From: Ophelia neglecta
Taxonomy: Eukaryota
NCBI GenBank assembly: GCA_965285935.1
Contig: OZ260661.1
Coordinates: forward strand, 41,230,001 to 41,294,000
DNA length: 64,000 nt
Direction: 5' to 3'
A program made the position numbers and the translations under genes. Shown one piece after another: positions 13,101-25,389 of this stretch (positions are counted from its first letter, which is position 1; each line of letters begins with the position of its first letter). A model generated the notes under the pieces. The model was not told the origin of the DNA, did no database searches, and saw only the letters and a program-made list of their open reading frames with translations.

Positions 13101-14799
13101 TATGTATTTTATGTCAGGGCTTGGGACTAACGCATGCTAGACTACAAACTCGACCTATAGTTACAGGGTAACCATTTCTTGGATAATCATAAGATGTACC
13201 AGTATAGCTCCTACGCAACTCTAAAAAGCATTTGACAAACAGGTCGTAATAAAAGGTTTATCATAAAAGCTACTTGCATAGACTAGAAGAAAGCTCCTGT
13301 AAAGTTGGCGACTTTGCAGAGGATATATACCGCAAGGGATGTTAGTCGGTCGTTCATCACCAATTTTCCGGTGATTGGAGAGCAGGGAGAGGGCGCGGAG
13401 GATCAAAGTCCGGGTCTGTCACCCCTGACCCCTCCGGCTTCTCCCACTCTGAAGTCGTCTGTCTTCTCCGATAACGGCAGGCAGGAGGCCTCGGGTTATA
13501 TCAGACCTCTGTATGGAGCCTGACAGCAGAACCGGCCAATTCCTTGCAGACCTTATATAAATTTAAGTTTGGGTACATATTGTGATTATATCACATATCA
13601 TATCTAATCTGTTTTATATAGAACGCATGAAATATCGATCACAAGCAGTCAGTCAAATAAAATATGGTCCCATATCTGTCCACGTGTGTCTGAAAATACT
13701 GTCCGTGCTGAAGGCGATTTATCTGCAAAAATGATTCGTCTTTAACAAGTTTGCTTGTGTATGGTAAATAGTGTGTTAACCTCAAACAGCTACCACCAAC
13801 ATATCTAAACCGGTAAGTCATATAAACCTTTTTTGTTTTTCAGGTTCATTTCTGACTGTTACTTCTAATTCAAAAAAAGTTCAGTCCGGCTGGAGGGTTT
13901 AAAATCCTACATACGGTTTGAAAGTTGAGGAATAAACCTTAATTGAACAAAGAGCTCTTGGCGGCAAAATAAAAGACAATGACGATTCTTGCATCATATG
14001 AGCCTACTGATTGATGTTTGTCATAGGGAGTGCAAAATCAGCCATATAAACCCTTTTTGAAAGTTTAGTCAGAAAAATCCATTTATAATTTGTTTAATAA
14101 TTCTAAATAACGCGGTCAATATGCTCCTACATCTGAAAAAGACCCAAATATCACAATTTTAGCATTATCTCCATGGAGGGGGAATCGATATTATCTTGTC
14201 ATTTGGCTCATAAGTTTGACATATTGGGAATTAAAGAAAATACCTTAAGCTTAAATTCGCACTAAGGCACGCTCCCAAGACAGACGGATTACCACGACAT
14301 ATAATTATATAGGGAGAGCACACTGTGGTTATGCTTGGCCTAAAACTCATCACGCTTATGTATACTAGGAGGCATATGATTCATAAATCGTCTGCTAAGG
14401 TCGATTGGCCGCTGTAGGTTTGCTCAGCTGACCTTCAGTGACTAAAAACGTGTTGATATCGCATTTTACTTAACATGTTTATCATAATATAGGGCTAGAG
14501 TAGACCTAGGTATATCGACCTAAACTATCAAAAAGCTAAGTGAGATCTTGTAAACTTTCAAGCATTGTGAAAACCGAGTTCAATAAAAGGTAACATCCAG
14601 ACTGCATTGTTTTAATAATTAAACAATGGTACAATGGAACTCAGTAGGTGTTAGGCTATACTCATGCCTGTACTACTGCCAGCTTTCTTCTCATTTTCCT
14701 GAGGCATTCCTAGAAACTTGGTTGTCTTATAGACCTAAGTGAACTTTTCTTAATTGAAAGTATTTTAGTGATGATAATGAGCCAATCAACTATGGGCAA

Positions 14800-17410
14800 A
14801 ACTCTTTAACTCTTCAACTCAATGGGTTAAACGTTCCCATTCCTGACTCATTAACTCCTAAGCTCAATGGGTTAAACGTTCCCATTCCTAACTCACTAAC
14901 TCCTAAACTCAATGGGTTAAACGTTCCCATTCCTAACTCACTAACTCCTAAACTCAATGGGTTAAACGCTCCCATTCCTAACTCATTAACTCCTAAGCTC
15001 AATGGGTTAAACGTTCCCATTCCTAACTCATTAACTCCTAAACTCAATGGGTTAAGTGCTCCCATTCATAACTCATTGACTCCTAAACTCAATGGGTTAA
15101 ACGTTCCCATTCCCAACTCATTGACTCCTAAACTCAATGGGTTAAAGGCTCCCATTCCTAACTCATTGACTCCTAAACTCAATGGGTTAAACGCTCCCAT
15201 TCCTAGCTCATTGACTCCTAAACTCAATGGGTTAAACGCTCCCATTCCTAGCTCATTGACTCCTAAACTCAATGGGTTAAGCGCTCCCATTCATAACTCA
15301 TTGACTCCTAAACTCAATTTAAACGTTCCCATTCCTAACTCATTGACTCCTAAACTCAATGGGTTAAAGGCTCCCATTCCTAACTCATTGACTCCTAGAC
15401 TCAATGGGTTAAACGCTCCCATTCCTAGCTCATTGACTCCTAAACTCAATGGGTTAAACGTTCCCATTCCAAACTCATTAACTCCTAAACTCAATGGGTT
15501 AAACGTTCCCATTCCTAACTCATTAACTCCTAAACTCAATGGGTTAAACGCTCCCATTCCTAACTCATTAACTCCTAAGCTCAATGGGTTAAACGCTCCC
15601 ATTCCTAACTCATTAACTCCTAAGCTCAATGGGTTAAACGCTCCTATTCCTAACTCATTAACTCCTAAACTCAATGGGTTAAACGTTCCCATTCCTAACT
15701 CATTGACTCCTAAACTCAATGGGTTAAACGCCCCCATTCCTAACTCATTGACTCCTAAACTCAATGGGTTAAACGCTCCCATTCCTAACTCATTAACTCC
15801 TAAGCTCAATGGGTTAAACGTTCCCATTCCTAACTCATTGACTCCTAAGCTCAATGGGTTAAACGCTCCCATTCCAAACTCATTGACTCCTAAACTCAAT
15901 GGGTTAAACGCTCCCATTCGTAGCTCATTGACTCCTAAACTCAATGGGTTAAACGTTCCCATTCCTAACTCATTAACTCCTAAACTCAATGGGTTAAACG
16001 CTCCCATTCCAAACTCATTGACTCCTAAACTCAATGGGTTAAACGTTCCCATTCCTAACTCATTAACTCCTAAACTCAATGGGTTAAACGCTCCCATTCC
16101 TCACTCATTGACTCCTAAACTCAATGGGTTAAACGTTCCCATTCCTAACTCATTGACTCCTTAACTCAATGGGTTAAACACTCCCATTCCTAACTCATTG
16201 ACTTCTAAACTCAATGGGTTAAACGCTCCCATTCCTAACTCATTGACTCCTTAGCTCAATGGGTTAAACGTTCCCATTCCTAACTCATTGACTCCTAAAC
16301 TCAATGGGTCAAACGTTCCCATTCCTAGCTCATTGACTCCTAAACTCAATGGGTTAAACGTTCCCATTCCTAACTCATTAACTCCTAAACTCATTGGGTT
16401 AAACGTTCCCATTCCTAACTCATTAACTCCTAAACTCAATGGGTTAAACGCTCACATTCCTAACTCATTGACTCCTAAGCTCAATGGGTTAAACGTTCCC
16501 GTTCCTAACTCATTGACTCCTAAACTCAATGGGTTAAACGTTCCCATTCCTAGCTCATTGACCCCTAAACTCAATGGGTTAAACGTTCCCATTCCTAACT
16601 CATTAACTCCTAAAATCATTGGGTTAAACGTTCCCATTCCTAACTCATTAACTCCTAAACTCAATGGGTTAAACGCTCCCATTCCTAACTCATTGACTCC
16701 TAAACTCAATGGGTTAAACGCTCCCACTCCTAACTCATTGACTCCTAAACTCAATGGGTTAAACGTTCCCATTCCTAGCTCATTGACTCCTAAACTCAAT
16801 GGGTTAAACGCCCCCATTCCTAACTCATTAACTCCTCAACTCATTGTATAAAACGCCCCCATTCCTAACTAACAAACTCCTCAACTCATTGTGTTAAACG
16901 CCCCCATTCCAAACTCCCAAACTCCTCAACTCATGGCGTTAAACGCCTCTATTCCTAACTCCTCAAATCATTGTGTTAAACGGACCCATTCCTAAATCAT
17001 TAACTCTTAACCTCATTCGCTTTTATGTTCCCATTCTTAACTCGTTAACAACTCAAATCATTGGCTTAAACGCTCACATTCCCAAATTATTAACTCCTCA
17101 ACCAACTCACTGGGTTAAACGCTCCTATTCCTAACTCGACAACTCTTCAACTCAGTGGGTTAACCGCTACCATTCCTAACTTGATAAATATTCAACTCAT
17201 TGGGTTAAACGCTCACATTCTTAAATCATTAACTCCTCAACTCATTGGGTTAAACGCTACCATTCCCAACTTATTAGCCCTGCAACTCATTAGGTTGACC
17301 GCTCCCATACCTGACACATTAGCTCCTGAACTCATTGGCTTAAATGCTCCCGTTTCTTACTCACTTACTCCTGATCTCATTGGGTTTAAAACTCCCATAT
17401 TTAACTCACT
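14800..17410. repeat. 45-bp tandem satellite (~45 homogeneous copies plus ~12 degenerate copies)
   Basis: Unit cctaaactcaatgggttaaacgYtcccattcctaactcattRact, near-identical from 14810 to 16850 and decaying to ~17410. It explains all repetitive ORFs in the track between 14814 and 16851. Confidence 0.97.
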
Positions 17411-17820
17411 AACGGCCCACCGCGACGAAACTCCCGCGGCGTTACTTTCACGGCGTCAATTTCGCGGATTGTGTATATGGCAAGAAGTCATGGCCCTACC
17501 GCGGTGGCGCTACCTCGGCAATCTTCCGCTGCGACTTACCGCGGCTTTCTTCAGGGTCGGACCTTATCGCCGTGACCATACCGGACAGCCCCTCGCAACG
17601 CGGCGCCCCTACCGCCGCGGCCCAACCGCGTGGCGGCATTCCCCCGACCGCCCTACCGCAGCGGCCTTACCGCGGCGGCATTCTCGCAGCGGGCCTACTA
17701 TATTTCATGAAAATTATCGACGTAGGCCGGTGAAAGATTCTATAATTATGAAAGTCCTTTGGCATGTGAATCGCGGCCGTCATTTTAAAAATCGCCGACA
17801 ATTGTCCGATTGCTATAAGG
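17411..17820. repeat. CpG-rich degenerate short-period repeat (cctaccgcggc-like)
   Basis: Repeated taccgcgg/ccgcggc/ccctaccgc motifs, very GC-rich, directly abutting the satellite. Confidence 0.55.
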
Positions 17821-18621
17821 ATGAATGAATCGTGGTTTTAAGTGTCGGATGCAAGTAGAACGTTATGCTATATATATATATATCGATTTGTTGTACTTGA
17901 TAAAAATGTACAGTTCGTCTCCTGTATGTCCTCTTAGCCCTCGTATACGCCGTATCTGGGGCTAGTGGCTAAGATAGCGTTCACCATTTGATACAATACA
18001 ATAATTTTATTTGCTAATACCTAGTATACAAAGCTTTAAGCTACCTCTATACACAAAACTTTCAATGAATAGTAAATATATTTTAACCAACTGGTCTTAA
18101 ACTGAGTACCCCCTATACACATTTCTAATTTCTAATTTAAAATATTAATATTATTTAATGCTGTGTGATGACGAGGGTTTATAATACATGACCCGCCCTT
18201 TCACGGACATAAAAGAATTAGATTACCACAAATAATTTTTAAAGAATTTGAGTCGTATTTTTTACTGAGCGGGGGGGGGGGGTTAAGCTTATCTTTTTGT
18301 CCTTCATTTTTGTCACCGGTTTCCAGCTAGGCCTTATTGGCACTGTGCTGCTGGGGGTAGACGCTATAGTCAGTGTGAGCTGGGTTCGGCCAAGCAGCAG
18401 ACTTTCCCAAATGAATATCATCCACGTCTGAAACTCATTACAATCTCAAAAGGACCAGTGATGGATGCATTCCATTTAGGTCGATCGTCCTCCTGTTTAG
18501 GAGCAGACGATGAATTTCTGAGCTGACCTTAAGAAGATTGGTATAATCCGGACCTAAATGGCTGCTCAATAGCTCGGGAAAGAGCAATTTTCTCCGGCCC
18601 AAGTAAAAAACCAACAAGATC

Positions 18622-18876
18622 GACACTCAATTAAGCTCAATTATGTCCGTGTCATGGTGGGTACATCCATTACCCGTGTGTAGGCATCGAACGAAATTAG
18701 TCTCCAGTTTGGTACGGGGCGATAACATTATTAACAAGACGCAAACTTTAAGTAGTTATTCATGCCTAAAATAAGAGATAAAAACTGAATGGTCCTCTTG
18801 GCGATTATTCAGTCAGAAGGCTTGAAAAATTGTTTTCAATCGTCGCCTCATCGTCATCAATAACGATTAGGCGGAC
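18622..18876. promoter_or_regulatory. putative enhancer, copy B of a paralogous non-coding pair
   Basis: Same blocks as 6914-7169, in the same order and orientation, offset 11707-11708 bp. Confidence 0.65.
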
Positions 18877-19978
18877 GGGTGGTGGAGTGGGCTCAGTTAT
18901 TAATCTGACAAATCGCCAACAAATGACCCCAGAGTCAATTATAGCGGGGCTGAGCGCCCGATAGACACCCCGACGTCAAGATAGGCCTACACGCTCACAA
19001 GCAGACGAACGCCTGTCATCGCTTGCTACGGTTTGCCGACAAGTAATCCCTTGACGACCGAATGATTGTCGTAATCTGTGTAGAAAAAATTACCGTGATC
19101 TTGTGACGAATTACGGCTTTGACCATGGACGAGTGGCCAGCGAGTAGACAAGCGTCTGTAGGCGTGCCAGTTGAATACTTAGTGGCTCTTGATCTGGTAA
19201 GGTTTGGGAAGAAATAGAGCCACCTCATTTTTGCAGTAATTTCAGAAATGACTCAAAATCGTTGTTATGCAATGACTCTTCATTCTCAGTGGACTTTCAA
19301 ATCATCTTAGTCACATCCTTCTGAACACACCTTTCAGCATTAAAAGGGCCCCTTTAAATCGAGACTCAGGTTTATTTCATAGTATGAAGGCTTTAAATAT
19401 CTTGAAAGTTGTTTATCATTCGGAAAATTCAACAGAGATTATGTTGAATAGAAATCATAGGCCTATAGTAGTATTGTTTTAAAGAAGTGGTTTGTTCACT
19501 TTCGAATTCACTTAGACATTTTGATCACGACAATAAGGAACTAAACGCACTGCACATTGACAGTAAAACCAAATATACAGAGCAAATGGACTAGATTTGT
19601 GGCCGCTATATATATATGGGCAGGCTGACGCGAAAAGTCTAGAGCCCGTCGTAGCACACTAATACAAAATCATAAGTGTGATAATATTCCCTAGAGCCAA
19701 TAGGCCTATTTTTCTAAATGAGGAAGTATCTTTTGACTTGTATGGTTCTTACCGAGATCTGTAACCTATACGTACACAGACCGTGTATATAATCCATATG
19801 TTGACGATTAACATTGCCCTAGGGCCTAGGCCTATATGACATCTTTCTGGGAAGAGCCACAAAGTAAAAGCAATATGTAATATATTTTAAATAAAAAAAA
19901 CACGAAATGTAAAACGTTCAAATCAGTTTTTATAGCCGTGTCTATATAAGCGTAATTACAGAGGTTATACGTCTGTGT

Positions 19979-20072
19979 CACAGGTGCTAGTGTCAATGTC
20001 AATGCTACCCACTGTGTATAAGAGCGCTCTTATACACAGTGGGTAGCATTGACATTGACACTAGCACCTGTG
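19979..20072. mobile_element. 94-bp perfectly palindromic MITE-like insertion with 8-bp TSD
   Basis: 47-bp arms are exactly complementary around agagc|gctct (20025/20026). Flanked by direct repeats gtctgtgt (19971-19978 and 20073-20080). Termini CA...TG. Confidence 0.8.
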
Positions 20073-22849
20073 GTCTGTGTAGATTTGAAAACTTGATTGG
20101 AAAGTCCGCTATAATCCCCATACTCGCTGTTCTCCATGATGCAATGCAAACACCTTTCCCTCATTAATGGTAATTACACATAACCGACATGCCTATTCAT
20201 ATTGGCTTTACCGGGACTGTTGGAAATACTTGGCTGGTACGTTTCATTGATCACATGATATTTTACGTCTTACTGCCGTATTAACTGACATCAAAGGCCG
20301 AGGTCTCAGCGCACATGCCTGCACTTTCACCCCGCCATCCCATGTGCACATAGCCAGCCTCCCGGTCACCACGCAACCAGCTCCACGCGTGCCTTAGATC
20401 CGCTACCATCACCCAGGACCACACACTCGCCAAGCTGTCTTTTCGCACATATATTTAATTGAAATTTATTGCTTGCAATTCGACTTACCCCGTTTGCCTC
20501 CGTCTGGTAGTCGAATGTTTTACCTCTTTTCAACCATTAACATGATTAATCTGTAGAATTAAAAGTGTGTTGACATACTACATTTAAGGATATTGTGTTC
20601 AGCATGCAATGGAGATTAATGAATTCATATTAATTTTCCTCGATCGTGTGATCACGCTTTGGATAACTGCGAATAGTGTCATCAACCTACGGCCTTAAGG
20701 CATAAGAACATTTACCTTTATTGTCCCGTTCATATACCATATAGGCCTGGAGCTGTACATGCAGATAAGAAACTTAGATATCTGCATACCTTTGAGTAAG
20801 CAATCAAGTCCAGGGTTTTCAAGGTGTGCACCTGTGTTACCTGGATATATTCACCCGAGACGCTGTTTAGTGGTAGTCTGCACGACCTTGGGCGCTCGAT
20901 AAATCACATTTTAATATCATCTGCACCCATGAAATGTCCTGCACCCATGAAAAGTCCCAAGTTCCTAGTGACTATCCAACTTATAAACAGCCCCAGACCC
21001 TATAATGGATCCTCCTACCAGTTCGCATTTAGATTTATAGGCATATAGGATTCATTATAGGCCTAAGGCATATTAAATTTATTCTGTTTAATCTACATTC
21101 TTAGGCCCTAAATACAGTTCGACTGAAAAGGATTGAAAGCAAATCTGGCTTTCAAAAAGTACATGCATTCGTTGGGAGCAATGTACTATAAAAACTCCAG
21201 GCAAATCTCATAGACAGCAATCTCTGAATACTGTAATGTGATCTTTTGCTGGCAGCATAATTTTAGGTATAAGTTTCAAAGTCTAGTAATTGCGTGACTT
21301 CTTCGAGATTTCCCTGTTGATATAGGGCTAAGTCTTGGGAGGTCTGTGGATCACAAGCGTTGGGAGGCAATGTTTCGGAAGACATTTATTAATGTCGACA
21401 GAATGCAAACCCAAAAAAGTGTAGAATTGTAATGTGAACTTCTTATAGGCATATAGGCCTACATCTATATCAAAAACCGAGCTGGTTTAGCAATAATCCA
21501 CAAATAAAAACAAACAATATGTCCTAGCCACGTCAAATACCCTCTGTCGAGGGTTATTAAATGTAGGCTAGGCCCATATAAATATCCGAACTATGTTAAG
21601 TTGCAAATGGAGGTAAAAACCTTCTACGATCACATGAAAGCTACACGAGAGTGTATTAACATGAGGTAACCGAATGAACCAGTTCAAAAGAATTGAGCGC
21701 CCTCTGTCTGTTGTCACAGCGACTTCTTTTATTAACAATATAGCGCAGGTCTTGAATAAGCTGAAATGCTAATAAATGTTTAGAAAAGTGTGGGCCTATG
21801 TATTACGTCCACAGACAATCTCAATACCATTGCATGTTTATTAAGTCCTCGAGACATTTACCAGAGCCTGGCCTTTTTATAGAATTCTCGGTCGGGGTGT
21901 TTTCATTTATGGAACGTAGGCTATTTCGATTCTTGTAGGCCTATAAGCCTTTAAGCTGCTGGTATGCAAACAATCAACAACAACAATATAATAACTTCAT
22001 ATCCTTTAAGAACATATTTTAAAGGTAGCCCTGAACTGGTCAGATTTAATCAAACTAACAATGCTTTTCAATGTGACCAAGAACTTTATCATGATAAAGT
22101 GTATGTCCGCAGACGACAAGAAAGTTGAGCCAGCGGTCCGAAAGACGACACTGCCTTTTCTGTGCTTGTCGGCTTCTTTGATGTTCAGGTGGTTGAATGG
22201 CTCCTAGTGGTAAATGGCGGTGATGGGGTTTCAGGTTGTTGTTACCGTACATCATTTAGATCATTTTATCCTGTTTGTCAGCCGAGCTTGTATTACCCTT
22301 TGCCCTCGACAATTATGTGGAGCTTCCAGACATGAATTACCATGTTTGCCGGCTACATTGATCTTTGTATGTGTATAACTTTAGCGACACGAGTAGGTCA
22401 TAATTTCATTTCAGTTATTGAGATCTGTAATTAAAATCAATTAGACGGGTGCCCTCTTGGCCTTAGTTATGCTGGTACATGTCCCTTAGAGAAGACATTT
22501 AGACATCAAGCTGATGTCGTATGCGATTCTCATACCGGAAGTTGATCCATAACATTTGGTGAGTCTGACACATACATATATATGGCGTGGTGATTTAAGA
22601 AAAGGTCGAGCGAGAATCCCCCCCCCCTTCTCCAAGATCCCCTTATAGTGAGAATGCTTGCTTTGTCAGGAATCATTTTGTTGTATCCATTCTGAACTTA
22701 GAATGCGGCGATACACATTTCTTCTTGGCCAGGAATCAAGATGTCCAAAATGCATGAGGGGAGCATTTTAAAAAGGCACTATTAATTATACATAGGCCTA
22801 TACACCCCGTCCAACTTCCCCAAGAATAGCGTCTGTTTTCGACACAATG

Positions 22850-23262
22850 AGGGTGTTTCATGAAAGTCGGATAAATGTTTAGCTCGCTAAAAGTTTTAAG
22901 GTAAAGCTATATTTACAAGGCTAAACGGTTTCATAAGCTTAGCTGGCTAGGATTTAAGCTCAGAATTGTAAGCTTAAATCCTTGCCAGCCAGTCAGCCGT
23001 CTTGGGATTTCTCTGGCTAGGATTTAAGCCAGTACCTATCTATAGGACTTCTATAATGGACGAAACATAAAGTTAACGCAATTGAAGGCTATGTATACGC
23101 TTAGTGATGAACAGCTCAAGCGTGTTCAATGGAATCCTGCCAATCTCAATGATAAATTAGCCTAGCCACTCCTTAGTTTCGCTTAAGATAGATAGTCTGC
23201 TAAACAGTTCCAGTTATATCTAGCTTGTATTTATAACTTATCTTTCTTTTCTGAAAATCCCC
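22850..23262. mobile_element. possible degenerate MITE
   Basis: Left end agggtgtttcatgaaag...gataa versus right end ttatctttcttttctgaaaatcccc (imperfect TIR). Internal repeats ctggctaggatttaagc (x2) and an inverted gcttaaatcc. Confidence 0.35.
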
Positions 23263-24037
23263 CCCCCCCCTCCCACCCTCAATATTAAGAGTAACTCTGA
23301 CCTGTTCAGTGTCAGCCACTGCCCAGCCGCCGCCAATGTATATGTGTGCATGGTGGGGGAATGCAGGCCATGACACCATAATAGTTTCGTATAGGCCTAG
23401 GCCTACCTTGCATGGACATTATTAGACACATCAGATAATCTTGCAGGGTACCACGAATTCCAGTTTTTGAGATAATAAAATCCCTTCAGGGCGAGTATCT
23501 GGTGAAAAGGGAGATTGCCTGGGGTTTAATTTGAATCTAGTTCATCAGACATAGCACAAACACTGCCGAAATTTCCTGTTAATTACATGAGCCAATTTAG
23601 GTTGTAAGGAATGCGTATTAATGTCCTAATACGACAGAAAATCTATAGCCTCCGGGAACAATCGAGTTAAACATGTGATAATCGCCATGATTTGTCTGTT
23701 GTTGCTTCAGAATCAATTAATTTGCCAAAGCAATTAAGATGCTACGCAATGATCACAGGGGAACCGCAATGTTTGTTGATAATCCTCGGGAGATTAGTGT
23801 TATCGCATGCCTGCTGTTAGCAGCCGACCGAATGAGAGTGGTTTGAAATCCAGCCGTGAGCTTATACAGCAAAGATAGATCACATTGCGGACTAAACAGC
23901 TTAAAGAACCCCCGGAGATTACCACAAAGTGTGAGCATACCCAGAGGATTATTTCGCGCCAATTAATCCACCAGTTGTCGTCTGCTGTCAATCAGCAGTC
24001 ACGTGCACTAGGGAGACGCTGAGCCAAATTACTGAAA

Positions 24038-24104
24038 ACACAAGGGACTGTTGACACTCTGAAAAAGGACTTACACAAGGGACTGTTGACACTCTGAAAA
24101 GGAC
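24038..24104. repeat. 35-bp tandem duplication
   Basis: acacaagggactgttgacactctgaaaa(a)ggac occurs twice (24038 and 24073). Confidence 0.9.
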
Positions 24105-25389
24105 GTTTTTCAAAACAGCGAACAATCAGTATATTTATAACAAAAAAACATCCAGTCTTTGGAACTATACGTGGACCATCTGGAGTTTCTCCACGAGCTT
24201 AACATATCAACAGTCCGCCATTCTACATGTTCCTGTGATAGGTTTAAATCTATTAATTTGTGGACATCAGAAGTTCAATGTGTCAGCAACAAAACTGTTC
24301 AACTATGGTGGTTGTTTACCTCTTGGCTAGGTTTAGCCCAGCACAATTAGTCTAATTGCTTATTTATTAATAAACTTTAAGCCAGTTACAATAAGGTCCT
24401 AAGGCCTAGATTTAATGTGCGAGTGGTACATATCAAATGAAAGGACCTAAAGAAATTCCGTGGCACGGAATCAAATTTGAATATTCGTGCACTGAGCCCA
24501 AGTTTTTGCCCTCTAAGTTGGTACCTTAGCCGCCAGGCGTGATTTCTCTCGGTACTCGCCTTGGTTAAAACATCACTGCCAAGCGGTGTGAGTCAATGTT
24601 TTACTCCTCGGTTTAAACTTACAGACCACACGGCGAGAAATTCTACCTCGAAATGTCTCTTTCAACACGATTGTTCTCGATCAAAAACTATTAAGAAGTC
24701 AAGCAAGAAACTGATCCGCCTGAGTGTTTGAAGTGGTATTTCATTTTGGCACCATTCGGTGTCGAGCTACTAAACTTGGGGCAAATGTCACCCGTCTACA
24801 ATGATATGGGAAAGCAGGCTTAGGGCTTTGATGTTTTGTTTCCACGGCAATCAAATACGAAACAGTTGTTTGTGATGTTAGTCTCAACTAATTTACTTTA
24901 TTTGGGAATTAGTTTATACAGAGGCGATTTCAAAATAATGTCCACATAATTTGCCTGGTAAACGTGAAAATAACAAAACTTTTAGCTCACAGAAAAAAAC
25001 CTAGGTTAGAATGATTTTCTATTGAACAGCCCATATGAATTTTATTTTGCTGACTAGATACTTACGACCACAACCATAATAGCCAAGACCATTGTTCCGG
25101 ATACCTCTTTAAAAAAGCTTAAAGAAGCCAAATGTGCTTGTGGGGGCAGAGCAGAAGATGACTTTAACAAATGATCAAATTCAATGTGCAGGTCATCAGT
25201 ACCTCCCGTGTGTTATTAAAAACACAGGCGAAGATATTTATGGGCTACTGGTCGAGTTGATTTAACTAGTTTTATTCAGTTTCTCACCATAGTATACTGC
25301 TAAGGTTCTACGCAAAACCTTCGTAAAAAGGGGGCCAGATGTATGAGGAACTGGGACCGAGTCTAGGAGAACTGATAGCACTGGAAGCA

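Noticed and set aside
14800-16850. CRISPR-like regular array
   Set aside because: Units are contiguous with no unique spacers, the context is eukaryotic, and there are no cas genes.
14814-16851. Long repetitive ORFs (TPKLNGLNVPIPNSL / MGTFNPLSLGVNELG), superficially LRR-like
   Set aside because: They are a by-product of a 45-bp (multiple of 3) satellite. Both strands are open, in-frame stops occur within the array (e.g. 16162, 16252), and there is no gene context.
17181-17828. 215-aa ORF
   Set aside because: It spans decayed satellite plus the GC-rich repeat; stop scarcity is compositional and no domain is recognisable.
20013-20038. Tn5/Nextera adapter contamination
   Set aside because: Only 12 of the 19 mosaic-end bases match, the adjacent sequence is not adapter, and the duplication is 8 bp rather than 9 bp.
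9931-22445. 17/18 inverted match tctaattgatttWaatta (9931-9948 vs 22428-22445)
   Set aside because: Flanks do not align, and AT-rich near-matches of this length are expected by chance in 64 kb.
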